Assembly (NCBI GenBank): GCA_036785375.1
Contig: JAWMAR010000351.1
Coordinates: 186,001-250,000, forward strand
Direction: 5' to 3'
Length of the DNA: 64,000 nt
Origin: Leucoraja ocellata
Lineage: Eukaryota
Position numbers and translations under genes: made by a program. A model generated the notes under the pieces. That model saw only the letters and a program-made list of their open reading frames with translations, ran no database searches and was not told the DNA's origin. Positions 1 to 13,400 of the stretch are shown here, in pieces. How positions within the stretch are numbered: the stretch's first letter is position 1; each line of letters begins with the position of its first letter.

Positions 1-208
1 CAACCTATTTTTACTCGCGGGCATTTTTCAACATGTTGAAAAATACGCCACGGCCTAGCTGAGGCCTCGAGTACGCAGGGACTACTCTCGAGCATGAAGG
101 AGAGTTACAAAGACCTCCTATGACCTCGTGTCGACCATGCTGCGAGTTTGAGTCTAGGGCAAACTCGCCAGAACTCGCGGATTAGGTCGCCCAAGTGGGA
201 CAGGCCCT
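1..208. mobile_element. PIF/Harbinger-type MITE, truncated by the window edge
   Basis: Terminus AAGTGGGACAGGCCCT|TTA and an internal palindrome, both shared with the 9499..9817 element. Confidence 0.7.
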
Positions 209-644
209 TTAGCTTATCTAAACAAAAGGTGTATTTGGTAGCTATAGTGATTGGAGTAATTGATTATTTGCCAAATGAACTAAGTTTAAATCTTAGCTCC
301 AGTAGTTGGATTTTAGTTTTAATTTTTTGTAGTTTGGCAATTCTCGACTTTTGTGTGCAACATTGAAGAATTCTTGCAGCTGGTGATCTATATTTTTTTA
401 TAATTACAACAAATTTGTTTTTAATGTATGTAATCACATTGAACTGTCGTAAATAATTCTGACGATTACTCGAGGTCAATTTAAATTTAACAGCATTTTC
501 ATTTATTTTACCTACTGTATATGAATGAACATGAAACTTCTAACTATAATTAGATTCTGTAGGAAAGTGATCATGTTGGATCCTGAAATATGCTTGTTTC
601 GAATTTGCGGCTACTTTATCCCTTCACATCACTAGAGATGTCAC

Positions 645-920
645 TCAGAATGAAAGGACGTAATTTTAGGAAGGAGATGAGGAGAAATTTCTTTAGTCAG
701 AGGGTGATGAATCTGTGGAATACTTTGCCATAGAAGCCTGTGGCAGCCAAGGCTGGATATTTTTTACGGCAGAGATAGATAGATTCTTGATTAGTATGTG
801 TCAGAGGTTATGTGGAGAAGGCAGAAGAATGGGGTTGGGAGGAAGAGATAGATCAGCCATGATTGAATGGCGAAGTAGACTTGCTGTGCCGAATGGCCTA
901 ATTCTACTCCGATCCTTTAT
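645..920 (+). mobile_element. CR1-clade LINE 3' fragment
   Basis: EMRRNFFSQRVMNLWN-type ORF2 end plus ggcctaattct 3' stem. Confidence 0.8.
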
Positions 921-1256
921 GACATTACTTAACATAGCTTAACATCCTCTCCAGATTGTCATGGTCAGGGAAAATATGCTACATTCTTGTTTAATTGTGA
1001 TTTATTTTTTTTAGTATTGTATTTGTAGTGTGATGTCTGATTTATGATGGACTGCTGAAAGCTTTCAGAGATGGTGATGATTTGCCTTGTGTACATCACT
1101 TTATAATGGGGATTATTTAAATTGGACCGTCCAATGAGAACCATTTTCTCGGTGAAACAGCTCTAAATACTGAAAGTAAACGCTGTTTTGCGGTGACTCC
1201 ATATTGCCAACACATCGTATTTTCTAAATGTCTGATTCTCACGTCCAATTTTATAG

Positions 1257-1411
1257 GTGGTCTTCCTGGATACAGCATGCCTACACCCTTCTTCCCACCA
1301 GGATCCAGAGCATCAATTCTTGGCACCCCTCCCGTTGGCATTCAACTGCAGACTCCTCGCATCAGATTTGGGAGCCATCCCTTTCATCCGCATCTTCGCG
1401 GATTCAATAAA
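1257..1411 (+). CDS. ciz1: ciz1 exon (GLPGYSMPTPFFPPGSRASILGTPPVG...)
   Basis: ttatag acceptor, gtaagg donor; resembles mammalian FFPQATRQSLLGPPPVG. Confidence 0.85.
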
Positions 1412-4400
1412 GTAAGGGGAAACCTCATAACAGAGTGAATAGTTTTTTATGACACAATTGATGCAGGCGGATATGTTTAAATATCATGTAAATTCAGGCA
1501 AATCGTAATAGTATTGTCTGGTTTTCAATTGCATAGGTTAAATATCCAATCAAATGTTTAAAAAAAAAATTGGATATTTTTTGTCTAAAAAGAGTACTCT
1601 CCACAGCTAGGTTAATGTGAGCCATTAAAATGTATTCAGTTAAAAGTAGTTAGTGTGAGAAATGAACTAAAATAAAGAAACATAAACTGTAGTTCCATTT
1701 CAATGACTTGCCTGGTAATCCCAGATGATACTGGATTCTCTAAGATGAAGGCCTGGATGAAAGACTATTGGGCTCTCCTGCCTCCGCAAATACTCAATTG
1801 CATCTTCAGTGTACTGGATCTAAATCCTGGATCAGTGTATTTTACAATATTGTGAGAGTCCATATGAACTACCATGGTTCTGAAAGGAGGTTAGCCATCC
1901 CCTCCTCAAGGGCACTTAAATATACTTTGAAGTCGTATCATTGTTTTTCAATGAGCCTGTGATTAAAAGTAGCATGAAATTATAAACTGAAAATACTGAA
2001 AAATATCAGCAGATCTGGCAATGCTTGTGGAAAGAGAGACAGTTCATGTTTCAGATTGAAGACCCTACAAGTTTGTCAAAGTAGCAGAGAAGGTGGGGAA
2101 GGACAAATGGAATGTTTATAACAGGGTGGTACATGACGATTTTTTTTAAGCACAATAATCTGACAAAATAATGATTGTATACTCGATTGAAATAAAGGAA
2201 AAAAATGTTCACAGAGTTTCTGCTGCTTGTGAGACCTTAGTTTTTGCATTCTGGCAGAATATTTTGTGACTCTCCTCAGTTAGAATTTATTTTGAAGCAC
2301 AGAGGGCAGAAAGTGTGGAGGCTGGGGTTGGCTCAATTGGACGGAATTTCCATCAAGACCACAGTTAACACTAGTTTACACACGGCACAATTCAGAACAT
2401 TACACAAATTTCATACATTCAGAACAAAGAGACACGGTCAGAAATTTTGTTCACATAATTGCTATCAACTGGTAATGAAACATAAAATCAACTGCAGTGC
2501 TAAAAATATGCGATGAAAATATATGCAGGAAACTCATTGATGTAAAATCACTCCAGCTCTCCATAATCACTTTTGCTCTCCCCAGAAGCTATCTGATTTG
2601 AATATTTTCAATAATTGGTATTTTTATTGCTATCACTCAGAAATTACCATTAAAAGCAACATCGCAAAGTTAATTGACGGATGTATTGGCCCTGGCGTGT
2701 AAGTGAGTGTTAGAATCTGAAATTGATGGGAATGCAGGAAAAGTAAAATAGGATAGTAGGTGGGTGCTTATTGGTCAGCAGAGGCACGACAGGCCAAAGG
2801 TCTATTTCGGTGCTGTGACTATTACGATAACTGAAGAACTATTAGTCATTGAAAGTATTGCTTTAAAGACAGGGGTTAATGAATTGGAAACAAAACAACA
2901 TATTTAGTTTTAATTTTAGAGATACAGTGTGGAAACAGGCCCACCGACTCCGTACTGACACTGGGACAATTTTACATTTATGCCAAGCCAATAAACCTAC
3001 CAACCTGTACATCTTTGGAGTGTGGGAGGAAACCGAAGATCTCAGAGAAAACCCACATGGTCACAGGGAGACTGTACAAACTGCATACGGACAGCATCCG
3101 TAGTTTGGATCAAATCTGCGTCTCTGCCGCTGAAAGCACTGTAAGGCATCACTCTACTGCTGTGCCACCCCATATGTATTCACAATTCACATATGTAGTG
3201 TGAATTCACTTTAGAATATGGATTTTCAGGAAATTGGGTACCTCTTTAAAAGTTTGTTTTCTTAGTCTGCTTTTCAGGATCAGGTATATATCATGGATAA
3301 TGCAGCTAATAATGAATATGTATGTACATCTTCACTACAGCTTCTTGGATAATGTTCCAATCTGATGCCTTAACCCATATTTAATGTCTAGTGCGTAATT
3401 TCCCACTGAAAGCAAAATGTTCTGACTTGCAGGATATTAAGAGAATGCAAGACATGCGAAGAGATCGTTACTCTCCAAGGGAGCCATTCAGGGCAAAAGC
3501 GAATAATAACAAGACAACGCCTGGAGTAAAGGTGACAACAGGTACTGATTATGCAAAAGAAATTGCGTTAACACAGACATGCCCCGAATCCTTAAAATAA
3601 ACTGCAGAATAAAAAGGGGAACATCAACCATTTATTCTCCATCCTAACATGCATTTTTTAGATTTCAGATGTAGAATGCAATGGATCAGTATTCTTTTTA
3701 CAATAGATAAACAAAGCATTGTTCACTTATTGTTCACATTATTGGCAGTACAGGTTTGGTTTGAATTGTTAGTTGAAAGAATCTGAAGTGCAAGTTGTCA
3801 TTCTTCCACTCCTTGTTTTTTGGGGTGCTTGCCTCATTTTGGCCTTGCGGTTGTTGCTACTAGCATTGGCAGGAGTGGGATGCCTGGGAACACACTAGCT
3901 TATTCCTTCTATATCTTTTTCTTATTCCATTCATGCTGCATCCGTCACAAATAAAATAATTTAATAATGTAATGACAGGGTGAAATCAAAGGAAATGTAA
4001 GTGTCAAATGACAGAAGTTATTTTATATTCTGAACCCACTCCAATACTTGTGCCTAATTGGAACCGTATTTGTCATTAAATTGTAATGTTAATTTATGAA
4101 GTCTGAAACCACTTTTGTAAAGTTGCAAGAAATTGATTTGGTAATTTAAAATGTGTAATCCTCTCCATCAGTATAACAAAATATTGAGTTAAGCAACTTG
4201 GTATGGTGACTTCTATTAGACCAAATTAATCAATGGGAAGGTAAGCATTTTCACTTGCAACTTTGTAAATAGAAATAATTGTATTATTTTGCCTCAGGTA
4301 ATAAACATGTTGATACAAAGAAGGCAGCTGTTTCTCTATCTCTGAAAACTCAGGACTCCATGAAAGCTGATGAACCAGAAGTAAAAAGGAGAAAGCTTGG

Positions 4401-7400
4401 GAGGTACTTGGGATTTTATTTAAATTGGTTCTCTTTATCCCACCTTCCCCTGGGACATCAAGTACTCGCAGACATTTTTGTTTTTGATCAGAAATGAGCC
4501 TTTGACAATAGATCCACAGCGCTGCAAATAAATCTTCCATGACGTGCTTCATCACCTGCTGAAACCATCATATAATCTTTTGTTACTATTAATTGAAAAT
4601 GAAAATTATGAATCCATTTGACATATTTCCAAGACAATATGAGATAAATAATTTGGAAAAATTAAGGTATATTTATTTTTTAATTCAAATAGAATAATAT
4701 GATGATCTTTAAATACTTAGAATGACCTTGAAATACTTAGCTATTTTGAGGAAATATATGTGAGAGGAAAGGAGACACAATTTTATGTTGTGCAATTCAG
4801 ACATTCGCATAAAATAGCCATTTGAGTTTCCAGCAAAATCGTGTTTCACTAGCAGCACTTCAGAATTGCTAAAGTTGGAATTGTAATTATCATTCACCAT
4901 AGATAATGTTGTACAGGTGCATTGTAAATGAGCAAAGAATGAGCTCCGGATCTTGAGGGGGTGGGAGGTGAATACACCTTTAACCCTGGGGAATAGTTTA
5001 TACGTAATTGAAGCTGTGCTTTGTTTCTTCAAGATAAATTGTTTATCTCGACGGTCGAGGCTTTATTTCTACTGAATATCTTTGTGCATATGTTTTGCAC
5101 AACACAATAATGTGAGTCAGTTGCATGTTCTTATTTTGAATTTCGAACGCAGCAATTGGCCTAACCTGAGGGGATGCCCAAGGTAATTTAGATGAACTTG
5201 TTTTAATATTTTTCACTCCAGCTGTTGACTTGGAGTATTAACACCATGGACTTTTAAACCAGTTTGTATGACGCTCTGTGAAGTAAGACTGCAATCGTCT
5301 GATAATAATTGTTTAAATAGGTTTTTAAATGGCAAAATTGAGTTTAAGATTTGTAGCAGTGACCTTAAATAAGTAAAATGCATGTCTTTAAGAAAATAAA
5401 AATTCTTCAGTATTTTAGAATTCAAATAAAAAAAATGTTTATTGATGACTTATGGGCACCTTTTCTTACATTTTTAATAAATCTGCCATATAGTTGCATT
5501 TAAATCGAATTGCTACTGCCCATCATTAGAAGATCCTGATGGCCCATTCTCAGCTTCACTCTCTTGGAGAATAAAAATAAATGTAAGATACCGTAAAACT
5601 AAAATTAAAACGTCAAGATGAAGAAAAATAACTAAACTACTTACCTGCCCTTAATTTCCCCCTGGAGGCAAATATCCCATTTAAATTAATGTGGTCAAGC
5701 TTTTAATCTTGACCATCTCTGCTATAAAGCTATGGGGTAGAATGTAAAGAGCATTTGGCTCTTTAAATCTGTGCTCCAGTTTATGTACAATTTCTGCGCT
5801 TCAACAGTGGGTGAGTAATAGAAGGCTGGCCGTTCACTACAAAATTACTGGATTAAATATGATCTAGCCTAGGCTAAGCTGTCTCTGGTCTCAAACATAG
5901 AACAGCACCAGAAGAGGTTTTCCCAGAAATAATGAAGCAGTACAGCAACTGGGAAAATTATGTAGATCGGTTATTAACGTTACAGGGTGGAAATTATAAT
6001 ACTACATATCCTATTTTTGTTTCTTCTTCTCTTCCTCTCACTTTCTTAAAAGGGGCTATACATTTTAAGATTTATAGATCATCATATTATTGTATTTGAA
6101 TTGTTTTCGAAAAGCAATTTCCTATTGTGACTTTAAAAAGAAATATACCCCAGTTCTTCACAACTCTGCACTTCATTTTGGCTTGGGATCATAGAGAATG
6201 AGTTTGGAATTTTTTGGCTTATCTGGTTGTAACTAAGAGACACAATGCAAAAAAAACTCAGTAGGTTTTCCTAAGCCACCTCAGTCCCACTGTCCGTTCC
6301 CTTACCGATGTATTTGTCTGCGGCCTCTTCCATTGCCAAATTGAGTTAGCATACAAACTGCATGAACAGCCCTTCATATTCCGCTGGGGTGCCAATTCTC
6401 CAATTGCAGGTAAACCACCCTCTTTCTCCTGATCTATGTGGGTTCTCTCTTTCACATTTTCTTTGCCCTCTTCCTACTCACCCCCACCCCATCATTCTGA
6501 TCTACTACCTGTAGCTCCTTTAAGTTCTATGTTTTCAACTTCACCTTTCCTTATCAGATTCCACCATCTGTAGCCCTTTGGGTTATCCACTTATCACCTC
6601 CAGCCTATGTTACTATCTCCACCTTCTCTTCCTCTCCAACTCATCTGAATCAGCCCCTGGATTCACCTTTCTCCCAGCTCTTGTCCCACCCCTTCCCCTC
6701 ACCTCTTTCTGCTACTTATCTCCCCTCACTCCTGACCCAAAACAATGTCTGTCCATTTCCCACCAGAGATTATGCCTTGTTTGCTGTGTTCCTCATGTAG
6801 TTTGTTTCTTTTGCTCAAGATTCCAGATCTGCAGTGTCTTGTATCCCTAAATAAAATGTGGTTTACTGCCCAGTTAATCCTTTGGATTTGGTGATACTGA
6901 TTGAACGAGAATGTTGTCACTAGAAGGATAGTATTCAAGATAAACTTGTGTCCCGTAAATAAATCCATTATAGAATAACAGTTATAGAATAAAACAATTT
7001 GTGAAAATTAGCTCAAAGAATCATCCAGTTATATCATTTACAATTATCTTGAGGGTTTTGTTCCATTCTTTCAACTGGATAAAGTGCTGTTATTCCCTTT
7101 TCCATTAAGCCTTAGCAATTAAACATTCTGTGCGCCTAATTCATCGTGGTTGGAAATCTTCTCAATATTAAAAAAATTATTTCCATGATGCCCTCTGTTA
7201 CTTGTGTCCTGTTACTTCCATTAACTCAGTGGGATTTAACAAAGTAATTTTCTTCTTTCTGCAGCCAAAATGATGATGATGTAATTGAACAGTCTAATTC
7301 GGGCGAGCCAACCATATCAAAGAGTACAACGAATGAAGGTGATTTAATGAAAATTACTTTGGGAATCTGTAATAAAAGTGCAGAAGTACTCTGCTTTAAT

Positions 7401-10400
7401 TAGCAAAGGCCAACAAATCACCTGCACTTTAACACTTAATTGTAACATCCAGTGATATATATCTGTTATAGAGGTATGGATGATTGTTTATCACCACCCT
7501 ATGTTATTTTCTGATTCCCACATTTCCCAGTGGTTTCCACCTATGTGAATTTCAAGAAAAACATTGCAAGTGGTTGTGTTGCTACTTCTTATCCAAACGA
7601 ATGGATTTTGTCAGTGTCTTTAGGTACATTGTTATAGTTGACTGATGATACAGAGGCTAACACTGGAAATACTGTACTAAGGATAACAGCTGAAAATCTG
7701 GAAATTGTGATTGAGTAAATATATGATTGGTTGAGCTTTTGCACGTGTATTGTCAGTTGAGGGAGAACTTTGGGACAATCACTGCGAGAATAACATTCAA
7801 GTTATTCTCAAGTAAATATCTACGGATTAACCGTAATGGAATAAATCAGGCTGTTGAATTTACCACAGAACTTTTACATAGTTTGAGTTTTTTTGTAGTT
7901 TTCTTACCTGGATGAGATTCTGCTGTCCTCTGTAGTGTCCAATTGCAGTAAGAGAACGTGCCAATGTAAACTTTTTCCAATAGCTTCACGTTTCTTCAAA
8001 ATTAGCAGTTTTTTTTGACAACTGCTATGGTATTTTATATTCTAGCCTCTTCTGGATCTATCCTGGTAGTGGCAGCTAGGTTCCAGTCTGCCTGTCAGAT
8101 TGCTTGGAAAAGCAGTTTATTATTTTTTTAAAATCTATTTACAGAAACGGATAAAAATGAAGAGAGTGCAGTTGGTGAGAATTTAGAACCCAATGCAGCG
8201 AACGCAGAGGTAAGAATAACTTTTTTCACTGTATGGTTCCTTACATTATGCCTTTGGTCAAGTGGAGGAAGCCACAATGGTTTAATGGAAGACAGATATC
8301 CCCATTAAACGTGCGTATCTTTGGATGGTTCTCGGTGTAGTTCGTGGCTTAACAAGGGCGGGTTGACATAAACCAAACATCATTATTTTTCTTTGGAATT
8401 TGTGAAGATCACTTATCAAAGATAGTGTGGTTTCTGATTTTTTTTTTTTTGCTTTTGCAGATTGCAATAAAATTAAAATGCATCCTTTTGTTATAGAGAA
8501 ACAAGGTCAGTATTGGAGATATCAGTGGAGAATACAAATCTGCTAGGGCAGTTTGAGATTGAGACAGAGGTGATGCTGAGGCTATTGAAGACATTATGTT
8601 AAATAAGTTCCCGCGGCTTGATGGGATCTATCCCAGGTTATTTAGGGAGGTAAGAGCAGAGATTACAGAGGCCTTGATGAGGATCTTTGTTTCTTCTCCA
8701 GTCAAAGGCGAGGTCCCAGAGGGCTGGTGAATGGCCGGTGTTGTTCCTTTGTTTAAGAAAGGAAGTAGAGAGAATCCAGACAACTATAGGCTAGTGAGCC
8801 TCACATAAACTAGTGGGAGGGAAACGGAGGTTGGGTTGAGACTTGATAGAAATATATACAATTATGAGAGGTGTAGACGGGGTAGAACCTTTTTCTTAAG
8901 ATGGAAATGTTCAACACTGGAGCGCATTGTTATAAGCAGTGAGGGGGAAACTTTAATGGAGATGCAGGTTTTTTACATAGAGTGATGGGGGTCTGGAATG
9001 CACTGCCAGGGGGTGGTGGAGGCTGATACGAAAGTGGAATTTAAGAGGCTTTTGGATAGGCGTACAGAAGTGTAGGGAATAGAAGGATATGGATCATGTA
9101 CGTATGGGCAGATGAAATCAGTTTAACTTAGCATCATGTTCGACACAGACATTGTGGGGTGAAAGACCCTTTCCTGTGCTGTATTATTCTATGTTATTTT
9201 TCTATGAATAGGTAATACTAATTATGTAGGAAATCCCCACAATAGCAGAAAAAATACTGTTCCAATTAAGCATGATGACAATCTTAGATTTCAAAGTCTA
9301 TAGATTTGCACTAAGAGATGGCCAAAGGTGATATGGCTTTCTTGTTTTGATTGTAAAATCTCTATTGTTAACTAATGAAGAAGTATTGATGGTAGTTTGG
9401 GGTCGCGGGATCTTTATTCCAAGAAAGTTCCCATCTAGTGCAATTTAGTTTAACTTTGAGATGATCCACAAGGAAAATGCTAAAAGTGAATTTATTTAAG
9501 GCCCCGTCTCATTTTCCCGAGTTACTCACGAACTCTCCCGAGTTTTCCCCTTGATTCGAACTCGGGGAATGCCGGGTAATGTCGGTAGCGAGCTCGTAGG
9601 AGTCTGTAGATGTTTCGTAACGGCTCGTAATGCCAGCCGTAGGAACTCGAGGCATCAGGGAAGTCGGGACGTTTTTTCAACATGTAGAAAAATGTCCACG
9701 AGTAAAAAAAATAGCCCCGAGTACCTAGGAATGGCTATTACCTTAATTCACCGAGTTCGAATCAAGGGGAAAACTCGGGAGAGTTCGTGAGTAACTCGGC
9801 AAAGTGGGACAGGGCCTTTACTCGTGGATCTCTCATTGATCATGATGCCCTTTTATGCCAAGTGACAGTGATACAATTTGGGCCTAAACCTGGTGAAATT
9901 TCAGGAGGAAGGTTTTGTGAATTGTTTTATCTTTTGTAACAGTTTGTTCCTTCTGGTTGAGGAAATGAAAGTAAAAGAAATGGGATATGTTTGTTATTTT
10001 GCAACTCTTGATTCACATACGTATCTTTCGAAATGAGGAATTGTTTGTGTAAATGATGCACAAGACACTACGATGATTTGTATGCCACATGTCAATTAAC
10101 AAAGCAAGTATTGTGCTTTTGCTGACTATCCCCCTCTGTTCAAATTGGTCTTGATTCCCACTGAATGATAGGGTTTACTGTGAAAACAAGTGTAAATATG
10201 TATCTTATAGGTGCTGAGTACCATGAGTTCACTGAAAGTAACGATCCAGCAGAGCAGTGAGAGTCGGGCAATCAGTACATCTGCAGCTGATTCTGGATCC
10301 ATGGGCAATGAGGACTCTGGGGAGGAGTTGGATTCCATGCCTATTAAGTTCATCTGTTATATCTGTAATGTCAACTGCTATAATCAAAAGGTAAGGCAAG

Positions 10401-13400
10401 TGGCACTGACTTGTATAATTGAATGAACAATGGAAAGGATCTTTGATCATTTGTATAATATTCCCCTTAAGGTAGCTATTCACATGAAAGACTACAAACA
10501 AGCTTAATTTAAATGACGAGGAATCTATAGTTTGTAACTGGGAAGACCAGTTCATACATGTAAAGAAGTTATTATTGATGCAACAGCTGCACAGGCAAGG
10601 CTGTACAGCCAATGAATCTGCACCAATCCATGCGGACCTTCTGCTTGCAACAATTGCGCAGAAGATGGTAATTCACAGTGGTTCCCCCTAGAGGTGGTAT
10701 TGGATGGATGTATCGTGGGGAGATGCACAGATGCAGTCTGAGCCATATCCCTCTGTTTACAGTGGCAAATTGGATCAGCAACACACCTTTATTCTGATGA
10801 AGTAGCCAGATTTCCTCTGTATCCTACACTTTAACACTTGCACTCAGCTCGGAGCAAAATTGCTTCCATTCGAAAGGGGAATAAGGTGAATTTTCTGATA
10901 CTATATGAAAGTTTAAAAGCCAGAGCAACAGGCTGCCAAATTACTGTGTGCTTTATATACTGTCACCTGTCACTCATGTTGTTGCAAGGTTATGCAGGTT
11001 GAAGACAACCCTCTTTTCAACTCTCAAAGTATTTTATCTAAAATAATGTCATAGTGATCCAATGTGGAAACAGGCCCTTTGGTCCAACTCTCCCACACCG
11101 GCCAAGGATGTCCCAGCTACACTAGTCCCACTTTCCTGCGCTTGGACCATATCCCTGTAAACCTGCCCTATCCATGTACCTGTCTAATTGTTTCTCTAGC
11201 AGCTTGTCCATACACCCACCACCCTTTGTGTGAAAAAGCTACCCCTCGGATTCCTATTAAATCTTTTCCCCATCACCTTGAACCTATGTCCTCTGGTCCT
11301 CGATTCCCCTACTCTGGGCAAAAGACTCTGTGCATCTACCCGATCTGTTCCTCTCATGATTTTGTATACCTCTGTAAGATCTCCCCTCATCCGCCTGCGC
11401 TCCATGGAATAGAGACCCAGCCTACTCAACCTTTCCATATAGCTCACACCCTCTAGTCCTGACAACATTCTCAAAATTTTTCTGAACCCTTTGAAGCTTG
11501 ACAATATGTTTCACATAACCTGGTGCCCAGAACTTGTCTGAGAAATGTCTTAGAAATTGTATAATGCAACAAGTGAAGGAGAAATGCATAATTCAGCAAA
11601 GACTCCACGTGTCTTATGGAATGCCCTGTCAGCGGAGACTTCTCGACTTATTGTCAAGGTAAGCATTTGAGAAAGGCGCTTAACAGGTTCTCGCAATATC
11701 CGTTGGATGACGGATGCAGAAATGCGCTCAAAACAAATGTAAAACTTGTCTGAAGAAAACTTATGATTCTGTCCAGTATTGCTTGGATTTTGCATATTTG
11801 GTTAAAAAATTGTTAAGGTCTCAATTTACTTTTTTCTTTCAAAGAACTTTCAGAAGCACATGATAGGGACACGCCATCATCAGAGACTCTTGGAGATTCA
11901 GCAGATGAGTAATGCTTGTATGTCCACATTAATTCCAGCGACAAGCTCGGTGGGAAGAAGCAGAGAAAGGTGGGTGCAATTGCTGGAGATTGATAACTTG
12001 GACTGCTTTGAAATACTTGACATTAAAATCGCTACAGAAAGAAATCTCTATAAGTGTTGAATTATGTATAATCTTCAGCACAAACATATTACTCAGGTTA
12101 ATTGTTCAAATGCCGGTTTTATATTCCGAAGACTCTTTCTACCTCACTTTTGAATCTTGCAAGTATAATTTTAATTTTCTATCCTGTATTTATTTAGCAT
12201 TCCCTAAATATTCCAGTTGTGTCCAAACACTCCCCACTCCCACTAGAGCAATTTTTGAAAGGTGAGATCAGGTAAAATCTGCGGACTGGAGACCCCAGCC
12301 AGTTCTAAGTAACTCTTTCTTGCTTTACAGTGACAAAAAACGACCCAGATGGTGCAGTACCTGCCAGGGTCATTTCAGAGGGAATATAATTGAACACCGC
12401 AGGACACAGACACACAAGGTAGACAGAAAATCTTTCCACAGTTATTGCTTGTGTTGTACTACCATTTGATGAGTGTCTTTAAGTTAAAAGTTAGTTTTCC
12501 TTTTGAATATTGAGAGTTCCTCTGAATCTTTGGACTAACATTTCAGGTGTTAACGAATCCTGTGCTTTTAAAGCATTTTCTGTCTTGCTTTTGTTGAAAT
12601 ATGCTTAAATATTTTTACTACAACAAAATATCCTCAAAACATTTTGGGTTGCATCATCATGAGTCAAGTCAAGAATGTTCTATTATCGTTTGTCCCAAAA
12701 CAGAACAATGAAATTCTTACTTGCAGCAGCACAACAGATATGTAAACATAGTTTTATGTAAATACCATGACAAATAATAATGGCAGGAGTGAAATGAGAG
12801 TGTGGCCAGGGTGGTCTGAGTCTCTGATGCTACCTGCCTTTTTGAGGATACGACGCTTGTAGATCTCTGTAGCTGGAGGGCAGGTCAGTACCCGTAATGG
12901 ACTGGCAGTTTAGAGATACACTGCAGAAACAGGCCCTTTGGCCCACTGAGTCCATGTCAACCAGCAATTCCTGTACGCAACACTATCCTACACACACTAG
13001 GGACAATTTACAATTTTACCAAGCCAATTAGCCCACAAACCTATCCGTTTCTGGAGTGTGGGAGGAAACCGGAGCTCCCCGAGATAACTCACACAAGTCA
13101 CGGGGATGTTCAATAAGTTTTCCTTATCAAAGGTGAACAAATCTAGAAGATGCAGTTTAGGGTAAGGGGTAAGAGATTTGGAGGAAATCTGAGGAGAAGC
13201 TTTCTGCAAAAGAGTGATGGGTTGTACTGCCAGATAGAATGCTGAAAATGGTCGCTGACAGTATTTAAGAAATGTCCACACAAGCACTTCAATCGTCTAG
13301 GCATTGAAGGCTATGGGCCAAATGCTGAAAGATGGGATTAATAGGGATGGCTTCCCACTGGTTGGTACGGGCATGATGGTCTGAATGGCCTGTTTCCATG

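Noticed and set aside
10560-10800. Cluster of four CCAAT/ATTGG boxes in a ciz1 intron as an internal promoter
   Set aside because: Short motifs with no CpG island or first-exon donor; cannot be distinguished from chance.
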